Under the pieces are notes generated by a model. That model saw only the letters and a program-made list of their open reading frames with translations, did not search any database and was not told where the DNA came from. The position numbers and the translations under genes are program-made. Source: Vicinamibacteria bacterium (GTDB taxonomy: Bacteria; Acidobacteriota; Vicinamibacteria; Marinacidobacterales; Marinacidobacteraceae). From it: a DNA stretch of 64,000 nucleotides. The stretch spans positions 384,001 through 448,000 of the forward strand of contig CAXXLQ010000004.1 in NCBI GenBank assembly GCA_963668695.2. The letters run 5' to 3'. Positions 9,184-19,575 of this stretch are shown here, piece after piece. Position 1 is the first letter of the stretch, and every line of letters begins with the position of its first letter.

Positions 9184-12100
9184 GTGAAATCCCTGATCAC
9201 TTCCTGCATCCGGCGGCCGGTGACCGTCGCCATGTTCACCGTGGCCACCTGCGTGTTCGGGTTCGTGGCCCTCGGCCGGCTGCCGGTCAATCTGCTGCCG
9301 GAGATCTCCTATCCCACCCTGACGGTCGAGACCCGAATGGCGGGCGCGGCGCCCATCGAGGTCGAAACGCTGGTCACGCGCCCCATCGAGGAGGCGGCCT
9401 CGGTCGTTCCCGGGCTCCGCCGGGTTACTTCCCGTTCCCGCGCCGGGGTGTCCGAGGTCACGCTGGAGTTCGTCTGGGACACGAACATGGACTTCGCCGG
9501 GCTCGACGTGCGGGAAAAGCTCGATGGCGTCCTCCTTCCGGAAGACGCCGAGCGGCCCCGGCTCCTGCGCTTCGACCCCGCGTCGGACGCCATCTTCCGG
9601 ATCGGCGTCTCCGGGGGACTGCCGCTCTCCGGTATCCGGCAATGGACGGAAGAGGACCTCAAGAAGGACCTCGACGCGGTGGACGGGGTCGCCGCGGTCC
9701 GGATCGAGGGCGGCCTGGTCCGGGAGATCCAGGTGGATGTGGACGAGGGCCGGCTTGGCGCCTACGACATCACCGTCGCGGAGGTCCGGACGGCGCTGGC
9801 CGACAACAACGTGAACCTGGCCAGCGGCAGCGTGTACGAGGACGAGGCCCGTTATCTGGTCCGGACGCTGAACGAGCTGGACACGCTGGACCGCATTGAC
9901 GCCGTGATCGTGAAGGACGCCAGCGGGCGCCTCGTGAGGCTCGCCGACGTGGCGGAGGTCCGTTCCGGGTTCAAGGATCAGGAAGTGATCCTGCGGCAGG
10001 GCGGCGCCGAGGGCGTCGAGGTCAGGATCTTCAAGGAGGGAGACGCGAACACGGTGCGGGTGGCCGAAGGCATCCGGGCCCAGCTCGAAGCGGTGGAGGA
10101 CTCGGTTCCCGCCGGGGTGTCGCTGGCCGTCCTCTTCGACCAGTCGCAGTTCATCGAAGGCGCCATCTCGGAGGTGGTGCGCAACGCCTGGGAGGGGGGC
10201 CTGCTCGCCATCCTGGTGATCGCGCTGTTTCTCCGCGAACGGCGGGCGACGGCGGTGGTCGCGATGGCCATTCCCGTCTCGGTGATCGCCACCTTCTTCG
10301 TGATGCAGCAGATGGGGCTTTCGCTGAACATCATGTCGCTCGGCGGGCTCGCGCTCGGGGTGGGCATGCTGCTCGACGACTCCATCGTGGTGCTGGAGGC
10401 GATCCACCGCCGGCGCCACGGGGGCGAGCCCGGCCCCCACCGGGAGAACTGGCGGGATGCGGCGATCGCCGGCACGGTGGAGGTCGCGGGCCCGGTGATC
10501 GCCTCGACCCTGACCACCGTCGCGGTGTTCCTGCCCATCGTCTTCGTGGAAGGAGTCGCCGGACAGCTCTTCCACGACCAGGCGCTCACCGTCTCCATCT
10601 CCATCCTCGCCTCGCTGGGCTTCTCGCTGGCGCTCATCCCGGTCCTCGCCAGCCGGGGCGGAGCCGCTCCCGGTTCCACCGGGGAGGCCAAGGCGACGAT
10701 CACCGTCCGGGCGCTGGGCGCGGTCCGCACGGGTTTTCGCAAGGTCGGGCGCGTAATCATCCTTCCGCTGCGGCCGCTGCTGTGGGCCTTTAGAGCGGCC
10801 GAGACCGCGGTCACGCGCGCCTATCCGCCGGTGCTGCGCGCCGCCCTCCGCCACCCGGTGACCGTCTTCGCGCTGGCGACCGGGCTCTTCGCCGGATCGC
10901 TCGCCGTCGGAAGAACCGCCATCGGCGTCGAACTCATTCCGGCGCTCTCCCAGGGCGAGTTCCACTTCGACGTCCACCTCCCGGAGGGATCCGCAGTGAC
11001 CGCGACCGATGCGGTGGTGGACGGTGTGGGCACCGCCGCGCTCGACCTCCCGGGGGTGCTCCGGGTGACCACCGAAGCGGGCACCGCCGCCGGAGGCGGC
11101 TTCGCGGGCGGCTCGGGACGCGCCGAGCACCAGGGCCGGGTCCAGGTCGTCATGGCGGACCGGGGTGACAAGGAGGCCGAGGCGGCCGCGATCGAGAGGG
11201 TCCGGGCCGGTCTCGCGGAGCGGCCGGGGATCCGCTACGAGTTCGGCCGGCCGTCCTACTTCAGCGTCCGCCAGCCCGTCGAGGTCGAGGTCTTTTCCGA
11301 GGACCGCTCGCTGCTGGTGCCGAGCGCCCGCCGGGTGCAGGCGGCCGTCGCCGGGGTCCCCGGGCTCGCCGACGTGCGTTCGACCGCCGAGGCGGGGAGT
11401 CCGGAGATCCGGGTCCGATTCGCCGCCGATCGCCTGGCGAGCCTCGGACTCACGGTGGACCAGGCGTCCGAAGGGCTTCGCTCCAAGCTCCGCGGCGAGG
11501 TCGCCACCCGGCTCGACGAGGGCGACCGGCGGATCGACATCGTGGTGCGGGGCAGCGAGAACCTCCGCTCGCACACCGCCGCGGTGCCCGAACTCATCGT
11601 GTACTCCGAGGGAGCGCGCCCGGTGCCGCTCCGCGCGCTCGGGAACGCCGAGCTCAGCGAGGGACCGGCCGAACTCCGCCGGGTCGGCCAGCGCCCCGCG
11701 GTGGTGGTCTCGGGCAACCTCGACGGGGTGGACCTGGCCAGCGCCACCGAGGCCATCGAGACCGCCGTCGCCGGGCTGGGGCTCGCCCCGGGGGTCTCCA
11801 CCCGCTTCGGGGGACAGAGCGAGGAGATGGAGCGTTCCTTCGCGAGCCTGGCGCTCGCCATCGGCCTCGCCATCTTTCTCGTCTACTTCGTGATGGCGAG
11901 CCAGTTCGAGTCGCTGCTGCATCCGTTCCTGATCCTCTTCACGATCCCGCTCGGGGCGATCGGGGTGGTCTGGGCGCTCCTGCTCTCGGGATCCACGATC
12001 AGCGTGATCGTGCTCATCGGGGTGGTCATGCTGGCCGGCATCGTGGTCAAAAACGCCATCGTGCTGGTGGACTGCATCAACCGGCTGCGGCGGGACGGGA

Positions 12101-12339
12101 TGGCGAAGGCGGAGGCCATCGTCGCCGCCGGGGAGATCCGGCTGCGGCCGATCCTGATGACCACCCTCACGACGATCCTGGCGCTGGCCCCGATGGCGCT
12201 CGGACTCGGCGAAGGAGCCGAGATCCGGGGCCCGATGGCGATCACGGTCATCGGCGGACTGGCGGTCTCGACCCTGCTGACGCTGGTGGTGATTCCGACG
12301 GCGTACGCGGTGTTCGACCGGAAGAGGTTTGCGGAGTGA
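9184..12339 (+). CDS. RND efflux permease (AcrB/AcrD/AcrF family)
   Basis: 1051 aa; RRPV, GMLLDDSIVVLE, KNAIVLVD and RLRPILMTT motifs. Confidence 0.95.
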   Translation: MKSLITSCIRRPVTVAMFTVATCVFGFVALGRLPVNLLPEISYPTLTVETRMAGAAPIEVETLVTRPIEEAASVVPGLRRVTSRSRAGVSEVTLEFVWDTNMDFAGLDVREKLDGVLLPEDAERPRLLRFDPASDAIFRIGVSGGLPLSGIRQWTEEDLKKDLDAVDGVAAVRIEGGLVREIQVDVDEGRLGAYDITVAEVRTALADNNVNLASGSVYEDEARYLVRTLNELDTLDRIDAVIVKDASGRLVRLADVAEVRSGFKDQEVILRQGGAEGVEVRIFKEGDANTVRVAEGIRAQLEAVEDSVPAGVSLAVLFDQSQFIEGAISEVVRNAWEGGLLAILVIALFLRERRATAVVAMAIPVSVIATFFVMQQMGLSLNIMSLGGLALGVGMLLDDSIVVLEAIHRRRHGGEPGPHRENWRDAAIAGTVEVAGPVIASTLTTVAVFLPIVFVEGVAGQLFHDQALTVSISILASLGFSLALIPVLASRGGAAPGSTGEAKATITVRALGAVRTGFRKVGRVIILPLRPLLWAFRAAETAVTRAYPPVLRAALRHPVTVFALATGLFAGSLAVGRTAIGVELIPALSQGEFHFDVHLPEGSAVTATDAVVDGVGTAALDLPGVLRVTTEAGTAAGGGFAGGSGRAEHQGRVQVVMADRGDKEAEAAAIERVRAGLAERPGIRYEFGRPSYFSVRQPVEVEVFSEDRSLLVPSARRVQAAVAGVPGLADVRSTAEAGSPEIRVRFAADRLASLGLTVDQASEGLRSKLRGEVATRLDEGDRRIDIVVRGSENLRSHTAAVPELIVYSEGARPVPLRALGNAELSEGPAELRRVGQRPAVVVSGNLDGVDLASATEAIETAVAGLGLAPGVSTRFGGQSEEMERSFASLALAIGLAIFLVYFVMASQFESLLHPFLILFTIPLGAIGVVWALLLSGSTISVIVLIGVVMLAGIVVKNAIVLVDCINRLRRDGMAKAEAIVAAGEIRLRPILMTTLTTILALAPMALGLGEGAEIRGPMAITVIGGLAVSTLLTLVVIPTAYAVFDRKRFAE
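10433..10452 (+). repeat. 20-nt element GCCCCCACCGGGAGAACTGG inside the RND coding sequence
   Basis: Exact match to the copies in MITEs and REPs; read as GPHRENW in the loop after TM4. Confidence 0.9.
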
Positions 12340-12429
12340 GTCGCGTCTTGCAGCGATGGAGAAGCGGGAGTTTCGCTGCCCTGCCGGGCAGCGATGCCGG
12401 TCGGAGACCGGCGCTTCTTTCTTGACGGA

Positions 12430-15400
12430 ATGAGCCTTCCCCGCCTGGCCGTCAACCGGCCCGTCACCACCGCGATGGTGCTGCTGAGCCTATTGGTGCT
12501 CGGCGGCATCTCGTTTACCCGCATCCCGCTCACCTATCTGCCGGACGTGGACTTCCCCGGCGTCTTCGTAACCGTTCCGTATCCGAACGCGAGCCCCCGG
12601 CAGATCGAACGGGAGATCGTCCAGCCGCTCGAGGAGGCGCTCGCCACCATCCCCGGCGCCCGCCGAATCAACTCGACCGCCACCGCCGACCGCGCCGACC
12701 TCCAACTCGAGTTCACCTGGGGCGAAACGGTGGACGTGGCCCGCGCCAAGGTCTTCGAGGCCGTCGAAGACGCGCGCCGGGATCTTCCTTCCGACGTGAA
12801 GGAGATCTACGTCAACACCTTCTCGACGACGCAGATCCCGATCGTCGAGGCCCGCATCTCGGCGCCCGGAATGGACCTGTCCGCGAACTACGACCGCCTG
12901 GAACGGCGGATCGCCGACCCCATCCGCCGGGTTCCGGGGGTGGCCCGCGTGGACCTTGACGGCGTCGAGCCGCGGGAGGTGCGGATCAACCTGCGCCTCG
13001 ACCGGCTCGCGGCCCACCGGGTGGACCTCGGCGAGGTCACCGAGCGCGTTTCCGGAATGAACCGCAACGTGTCGCTCGGACGCATCCGGGCGGACGGCGT
13101 GGTGACGCCGGTGCGCGGATTCGGTGCGCTGTCCGCGATCGACGAGATCGGCGGCCTGCCGCTGAACGACCGGGGTCTCACCGTTGCCGACGTCGCCGAG
13201 GTGACCTACCAGGAGCCGCCGATTCCCTTCGGACGGCATCTGGATGACGAGATCGCGATCGGGTTGACCGTCTACAAGAGCGCCGAGGCGAACACGGTCG
13301 AGGTGGCCACTGCGGTCACCGAGCTGATCGAGGCGGAGATCGCCGCCGATCCGGCGCTCAACGGCATCAACCTCTTCGTCTGGGAGGACCAGGCGGAGGA
13401 GATCACTTCGGGACTGTCGGGCATCCGGACCGAGGGACTGCTCGGCGCGCTCCTCGCAGTTTTGGTCCTGTTCTTGTTCCTCCGGCGGGTGGACACCACC
13501 TCGATCGTCAGCCTGACGATCCCGATGTCCATCATCGCGACCGCGATCGTCCTCTACTTCGCCGGCCGTTCGCTGAACGTGCTCTCGATGATGGGAATGA
13601 TGCTGGGCATCGGTCTCCTGGTGGACGACGCCATCGTGGTCCTCGAGTCCGTGGTCCGGGAGCACGGCCGGGGCATCCCGGCGAAGCTGGCGGCCATCTC
13701 GGGCGCCCAGGCGGTCTCCGGGGCGGTGATCGCCTCTACGGTCACCACCGCGGTGGTGTTCCTCCCCGCGGTGGTGGGATCGAAGAACCAGATGTCCATC
13801 TGGCTCGGTGAGATCGGCCTCGCCATCTCGCTGACCATCTTCTGCTCCCTGTTCATCTCGCTCACCCTGATTCCGCTGGTGAGCTCGCGTCTCCTCGCCC
13901 GGAAGCCGTCGGTGGCGCCGCGCTGGACGGAGCGCCTCGGCGATCTCTACCAGCGAGTCCTGCGGTTCACCCTGCGCCGCCGCTGGGTCACCGCGGGAAT
14001 CGCGGTCGCCTTCCTGGCCACCGCGATCCTGCCCTTCTTCCTCGGCCTCTCCACCGCGATGTTCTCCGGGCTCAACCGGAACCGGATCTTCCTCGCCTAC
14101 GAGTTCTCGGACTTCCACTACAAAGAGGACTCCCGGATCGCGGTGTTGGCCGTCGAACGCGAACTCGCCGGACTCCGGGAGGAGCTCGGGATCGAGTCGG
14201 TGTACAGCTTCTTCGCCGAGAACGAGGCGCAGACCGTGATCTCGTTCGGGAAGGAGCACATCTCGGACGCCGAGGGGAAGAAAATGAAGGAACGGGTCAA
14301 GGAGGCCCTCCCCGTCCTTCCCGGCACCCGGATCGTGTTCGGCGACGACGATCAGGAAACCGGCGGGGACAGCATGTTCTTCCGGGTCCGGTTCTACGGG
14401 GAGGACTCCGAAAGGCTCGCTGAGTTCGCGAAGCGCGCCGAGACGCGGATAGCGGGCGTCGGGGGCGTCGCCGATATCCGGAGCACCGAGGACACTCCCC
14501 GGAAGGAAGTCGTGGTGCGGCCGCGGGTCGAGGAGGCCGCCCGCCTCGGCATCACCCCGCAGGACCTCGCCGAGATCTTCGGCTTCACGCTCGGGGGGCG
14601 GCCGCTCCGGCGTTTCCAGACCGAGGACCGGGAGGCCGAGGTGCTCCTCACGATGTCCCAAAAGGACGTCTCCCGGGTGGAGGACCTTGAAAACTTCACG
14701 CTGATGTCCGACGGCGGCGTCCCGATCCTGCTCGGCGATCTGGCCGACTTCGAGATCGTGGAACGCAGCCGGGCGATCCGGCGGGTGGACCGGAAGGCGG
14801 TGGCGACGCTCCGCGCCGCCTACGAGGGCGAGGAGTGGGACGACGCCCGCGCCGCGATCGAGGAGGAACTGGACGCCATGGCCCTCCCCGCGGGCTATTC
14901 GTGGTCCTTCGGGGACCGGATCACCCGGCAGGACACCGATCTCCAGACCATGGCGGTGAACTACCTGCTCGCGCTGCTCCTGATCTACATCGTGATGGCC
15001 GCCCAGTTCGGCTGATCCACCCCCTCGCGATCCTGATTTCGATCCCGTACGCGCTCTGGGGCGCGAGCTGGACGCTGCTCTTCACGGACAGCCCCTTCAA
15101 CCTCATGGCTCAGATCGGGATGCTCATCCTGATGGGGATCGTGGTCAAGAACGGGATCGTGCTGATCGACCACGTGAACAAGCTGCGCCGCGAAGGCATG
15201 GACCGCAGCGAGGCGCTGCTCGTCGGCGGACGCGACCGGCTGCGGCCGATCCTGATGACCGCCGGCGCCACCATGCTCGCCCTCTTCCCGATGGCGGTCG
15301 GACGGACCGGGCTCGACGGTCTCTACTACTTCCCGCTGGCGCGGGCGGTGATCGGCGGACTCGCCGCCTCCACCGTCCTCACGCTAGTCATCCTGCCCTT

Positions 15401-15512
15401 CTTCTACACCCTGCTCGACGATCTGGCGGCGCGGGCGCGCCGGGTGTGGCAACTGAGCGGGGAGAACACGGTCCGTGCGGCGCCGGCGACGGAACCAGTG
15501 ACGGTCCTGTAA
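12430..15512 (+). pseudogene. Second RND permease with a frameshift near 15010
   Basis: Frame 1 ends AAQFG* at 15015 and another frame continues LIHPLAIL..KNGIVLID..RLRPILMT; the expected AAQFESLIHP implies about 4 nt lost (real lesion or assembly error). Confidence 0.8.
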
Positions 15513-15720
15513 CCCCGGGGAACGACGGCCGAGCAGGCAGAGCCGCCGTTCAGGGACCGCCGGTGTTCACACCGGCATCGTCCGCCGCAGGCGGGTGAGT
15601 GCGGGGCAGCGTCCGGTACCCAGGCCGCCCGGCCGGCCCGCTTTTTCTGCACCGAGAGATCCCGGCCCCCTCCATGCCGCACGGGGCGTTGCAGGACCGG
15701 CGACTCAGTTCCTGCCGTCG

Positions 15721-16020
15721 TCACCGGAAGAGATCTGAGTGGGTCCCCGTCCGAATCAAAATGAGTCGTTCGCCGCTGATCTCGTAGATCAACAGCCAGT
15801 CCGGTCCTACCTGCGCCTCCCACCAGTCCCGTTCCTTACCGACCAGCCTGTGCGGCCGGGCGTTTTGCGGTAGCCGTTCGCCGGTAGCGAGGATCTTTAC
15901 GAAGCGACGGAGTTTTCCGATATCCCAGCCCCTCTTCTCAAGCCGGCGCACATCCCGGTCGAAGCGGATGACGCGTGAGACTTTCTTCCGCTGCCCGACC
16001 GTCGTCGGCTGTTCCGTCAT
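15721..16020 (-). CDS. YafQ/RelE family toxin
   Basis: RPHRLVG, PDWLLIYE and C-terminal RTGTHSDLF motif. Confidence 0.88.
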   Translation of the reverse strand: MTEQPTTVGQRKKVSRVIRFDRDVRRLEKRGWDIGKLRRFVKILATGERLPQNARPHRLVGKERDWWEAQVGPDWLLIYEISGERLILIRTGTHSDLFR

Positions 16021-16331
16021 TCGTTTGCTACTTCCGCGCTTCGCGCCTGGTTTCGGGTCTCGATGTCCGCGAACAGATCGTCCACCGACTCGAACTGCTT
16101 CAGGTTGCGTGTGGGCTCGTTTAGCGCCGCGATGGTCGCGGCATTCGGGATGCGCACCGCAAACGGCAGCCCTCGCTGAAGGACGACCTGCCGCAGCGCC
16201 ATGCGGACGAATTCAGGGGCTCTCAGGCCGAGCTGACTCAGCACGGCCTCGGCTTCCGCCTTCAGTGCCGGTTCCACGCGAATGTGCATCTGTTCCGTTT
16301 TTCCCATGGGGGTAATCTCCAAAGTATTCAC
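16017..16331 (-). CDS. RelB/DinJ family antitoxin
   Basis: IRVEPALKAEAEAVL..LGL..GLPF..PNAATIAAL; overlaps the toxin start. Confidence 0.88.
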   Translation of the reverse strand: MNTLEITPMGKTEQMHIRVEPALKAEAEAVLSQLGLRAPEFVRMALRQVVLQRGLPFAVRIPNAATIAALNEPTRNLKQFESVDDLFADIETRNQARSAEVANE

Positions 16332-16338
16332 ATATCAT

Positions 16339-16359
16339 TTGGTACTAATTGAGTACCAA
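16339..16359. promoter_or_regulatory. Putative DinJ-YafQ operator TTGGTACT-N5-AGTACCAA
   Basis: 8-bp perfect inverted repeat immediately upstream of the antitoxin. Confidence 0.55.
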
Positions 16360-16505
16360 TCAAGACGCAATATATCTCAATCTGGTCAAGTCGCCCCGCG
16401 CCGGCGCCGCGGTCGATCCGGATTTATAGCGATATTAGCCGTCTTATCAAAATCGGATAATCTGGCTAAGATCGATATAATTCGCCAAAGGAGCCGTCCC
16501 AATCC

Positions 16506-17696
16506 ATGGATCCGATTGCCAACCCTTTCGCACCGGGCGCCGGGACCCCACCCCCGGAGTTGGCCGGACGGGACGAACTCCGGGAAAGCGTGCGGATCGC
16601 CCTCGGGAGGATCCGTATCGCGCGTCCGGCCAAGAGCGTCGTGATGGTTGGTTTGCGGGGCGTTGGCAAAACCGTGCTGCTCGTCCGGATGCGGAAGGAA
16701 GCGGAGGCGGCCGGGCTCCAGACGGTCTATGCCGAAGCAGTGAGGACACGTTCCTTGCCCGCTATCCTGGCACCTCAGCTTCGGAAGGCGCTGCTGAGAC
16801 TCTCGTGGAACGACACGGCGAAGGATCTAGCCGGACGGGCGCTTCGGGGGCTGGCGGGCTTCGCGAGCTCTCTCAAGGTGCAGTACCAGGACATTCAGGT
16901 CGGCCTCGACTTCGATCCGGAGCCGGGGCTCGCCGATAACGGCGATCTCGAACAGGACCTGACGGCGCTCCTGCTGGCGGCCGGAGCGGCGGCGAAAAAG
17001 GCAGAAACGGCCCTGGTCCTGTTTCTGGACGAACTGCAGTACGTGAAGGAGGACGAACTTGCCGCCCTCATCACAGCCCTCCACTTTGCGAACCAGGAAG
17101 AGGCACCCGTCACGCTGGTAGGCGCCGGACTACCGCAACTGCGAGCCCTTACCGGACAGGCGAAGTCCTACGCGGAGCGCTTGTTCGACTTTCCGTCTGT
17201 CGGAAGGCTGAATCAGGAGGCGGCCCGACGCGCGATCGAGAAGCCCGTATTGGATCAGGGAGTGGGAGTCACGGAGGAAGCCTTGCTCAGGATCTTCGAA
17301 GAGACGCGTGGTTATCCCTATTTCCTCCAGGAGTGGGGCAAACACGCCTGGGATGCCGCCGACGAGTCGCCCATCGGTCTCGCTGATGTGGAGCGGGCGT
17401 CCGCACAAGCGGAGACGGCGCTCGACACGGGATTCTTCCGGGTTCGAGTTGACCAGTTGACGCGGTCCCAGCTCCAGTACCTCCGGGCCATGGCCGCCCT
17501 GGGCGAGGGTCCGCATCGGTCGGGTGATATCGCACGAGTCCTCGGCAGGCCGGTTACCGCCCTCGGTCCGACCCGCAGCAAACTGATCGCTCAGGGGATG
17601 GTGTGGAGTCCCAGCCACGGGGACACCGCCTTCACCGTCCCGCTCTTCGAGGGTTTCATGACCCGGTTCATTCCCGACGCGGACTGGCGATCTTAG
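16506..17696 (+). CDS. AAA+ ATPase (AAA_16/STAND-like) with C-terminal wHTH
   Basis: NPFAPGAG..ELAGR, Walker A GLRGVGKT, Walker B LFLDELQ, GYPYFLQ. Confidence 0.85.
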   Translation: MDPIANPFAPGAGTPPPELAGRDELRESVRIALGRIRIARPAKSVVMVGLRGVGKTVLLVRMRKEAEAAGLQTVYAEAVRTRSLPAILAPQLRKALLRLSWNDTAKDLAGRALRGLAGFASSLKVQYQDIQVGLDFDPEPGLADNGDLEQDLTALLLAAGAAAKKAETALVLFLDELQYVKEDELAALITALHFANQEEAPVTLVGAGLPQLRALTGQAKSYAERLFDFPSVGRLNQEAARRAIEKPVLDQGVGVTEEALLRIFEETRGYPYFLQEWGKHAWDAADESPIGLADVERASAQAETALDTGFFRVRVDQLTRSQLQYLRAMAALGEGPHRSGDIARVLGRPVTALGPTRSKLIAQGMVWSPSHGDTAFTVPLFEGFMTRFIPDADWRS

Positions 17697-17898
17697 TTAG
17701 GTCCGGGGCTCCGTGCCGACGGGGCGCTTTGCGATGCATGGAGCCCCGTGCATCTCCCCCCTCGGGATACAGCGTCCTTACGCCGAGTTTTCAACATCAC
17801 CGCGGCAGGTGAGAAGAAACGGGCCGGAATTTCGTCTATGGGGGTAGGGGAGGACATCGGGTCTTCCGGTTGGCCGCATATCCCCGGAGGAGTTCCCC

Positions 17899-18420
17899 AT
17901 GCCGCACGCTGCGCAGACCAAGGCAGAGGCCGCGCGCAAACCGCCCGACGAGGTTTCCCCGCCACCCCAACCGCCGAAGCCTGAACCCCAGCCACCCGAA
18001 ACCGTTCGAAAACCAGGAGTTAAGGGCGCCCTCTTCCGCGCCCTCGTGGACGCCGGCGCCGACGCGATGGTCGCCTACAATGCAGAGGAAGGGACGCAGT
18101 CCATGGTTTCCGAGGCCGTCGCCACGCAGGTTCAGCCGATCCTGGTGGAGATGCGCCAGTTCTTCGCCGAACAGGAACGGCGGTTCGCCGCGCTGGAACG
18201 GCGGTTCGACACACTGGAGCAACGGTTCGACGCGCTGGAGCAGCGGTTCGACGCGCAGGAACGCAAACTGGACACCCTGACGGCTGAGGTCCAGAGGGTG
18301 AATGAGGTTGTCGACGTCAAGTTGGACGGGATCAGGCGGGAAATGCGGCTGATCTGGGGCGCTCTCGGAATCTCGCTGACAGTGTGGCTGGTGGTCCTCG
18401 GCTACCTGCTCACGAACTGA
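17899..18420 (+). CDS. Coiled-coil heptad-repeat protein with C-terminal TM helix
   Basis: 21-bp repeats encoding (L/Q)E(R/Q)RF(D/A)x; hydrophobic C-terminus. Confidence 0.65.
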   Translation: MPHAAQTKAEAARKPPDEVSPPPQPPKPEPQPPETVRKPGVKGALFRALVDAGADAMVAYNAEEGTQSMVSEAVATQVQPILVEMRQFFAEQERRFAALERRFDTLEQRFDALEQRFDAQERKLDTLTAEVQRVNEVVDVKLDGIRREMRLIWGALGISLTVWLVVLGYLLTN

Positions 18421-18518
18421 CTGGGCCTCCCCCCCGGCGCCGCCGTGGGGGCGTTCCCGCTGTCGCGCGCCATCTGCGTGAGGAGCGGTACGCGGTCTCG
18501 CGCCCCTGTCGGGCCGCG

Positions 18519-18727
18519 GTGCCGACCAGAGGTCGGCGGTCCAAGCCGTCCCCGCGCCTCTTCTCGGTTAGCGATGGGAGTTTCGCCCGCTGCGCGAGCG
18601 ATGCCGGTCTGAAGACCGGCGCTCCTTGCCGTCCCCGCGCTTCTGCTCGGTTAGCGATGGGAGTTCCGCCCGCTGCGCGGGCGATGCCGGCCAGTTCTCC
18701 CGGTGGGGGCCTGAAGACCGGCGCTCC
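18519..18727. repeat. REP-like cluster: two tandem ~83-bp hairpin units, the second carrying the 20-nt insert (18691-18710)
   Basis: GCCGTCCCCGCGC..GGTTAGCGATGGGAGTT..GCCGGTCTGAAGACCGGCGCTCC occurs twice; copy 2 has GCCGG[20-mer]CTGAAG. Confidence 0.85.
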
Positions 18728-18785
18728 CTGGCGGAACGGGGTACGCTGCGCACCGTATAGGTAGCCGAACGAACAGAGCGCCGAA

Positions 18786-19565
18786 TTGAACGGAAGCAGC
18801 AACGGAACCGCCGCCGCCCCGAGCGGCTCCCCAAGCGGCTCTCCGAACGGCTCCCCGAACGCCTCCCTGGCCGTTTCCATGCGGGACGTCACCAAGGTGT
18901 ACCAGATGGGCGAGGTCCAGGTGCACGCGCTCCGCGGCGTGAGCGTCGACCTGGAGGTCGGCGGGTTCACCGTCCTGCTCGGACCTTCAGGAAGCGGCAA
19001 GTCCACGCTCCTGAACATCCTCGGGGGACTCGACGTCCCCACCTCCGGGCAGGTGCTCTACCGGGGCCAGGATCTCACCCGGGCGGACGAAGGGGAGCTG
19101 ACCCAGTACCGGCGGCGCCGGGTGGGGTTCGTGTTCCAGTTCTACAACCTGATCCCCTCGCTCACCGCGCGCGAGAACGTGGAACTCGTGACCGAGATCT
19201 CCGACGACCCGCTCCCCGCGGCGGAAGCGCTCGACATCGTCGGGCTATCGGACCGGAGCGACCACTTCCCCTCGCAGATGTCGGGGGGCGAGCAGCAGCG
19301 GGTGGCCATCGCGCGGGCCATCGCAAAGCGGCCCGACATCCTGCTCTGCGACGAACCGACGGGGGCGCTCGACATCACCACCGGGATCCAGGTGCTCGAA
19401 GCGCTCGAGCTGGTGAACCGCGAATACGGCGCCACCACCGCGATCATCACCCACAACGCGGCGATCGCGACGATCGCCGACCGGGTCATCTCGCTGGCCG
19501 ACGGCCGGATTTCCCAGCAGCGGGTCAACGGGACGCGGGCCGCCGCCTCGACCGTCCAGTGGTGA
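18786..19565 (+). CDS. ABC transporter ATP-binding protein (LolD/MacB-like)
   Basis: [23 protein letters not shown] and [11 protein letters not shown]; start may be ATG 18879. Confidence 0.92.
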   Translation: MNGSSNGTAAAPSGSPSGSPNGSPNASLAVSMRDVTKVYQMGEVQVHALRGVSVDLEVGGFTVLLGPSGSGKSTLLNILGGLDVPTSGQVLYRGQDLTRADEGELTQYRRRRVGFVFQFYNLIPSLTARENVELVTEISDDPLPAAEALDIVGLSDRSDHFPSQMSGGEQQRVAIARAIAKRPDILLCDEPTGALDITTGIQVLEALELVNREYGATTAIITHNAAIATIADRVISLADGRISQQRVNGTRAAASTVQW

Positions 19566-19575
19566 GGGACCGAGC

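Noticed and set aside
8032-11922. Long antisense ORFs (e.g. 8032..11922, 348..2372, 3056..5254, 30291..33287, 56165..58936)
   Set aside because: They are shadow frames opposite well-supported genes in high-GC DNA and have no recognisable motifs.
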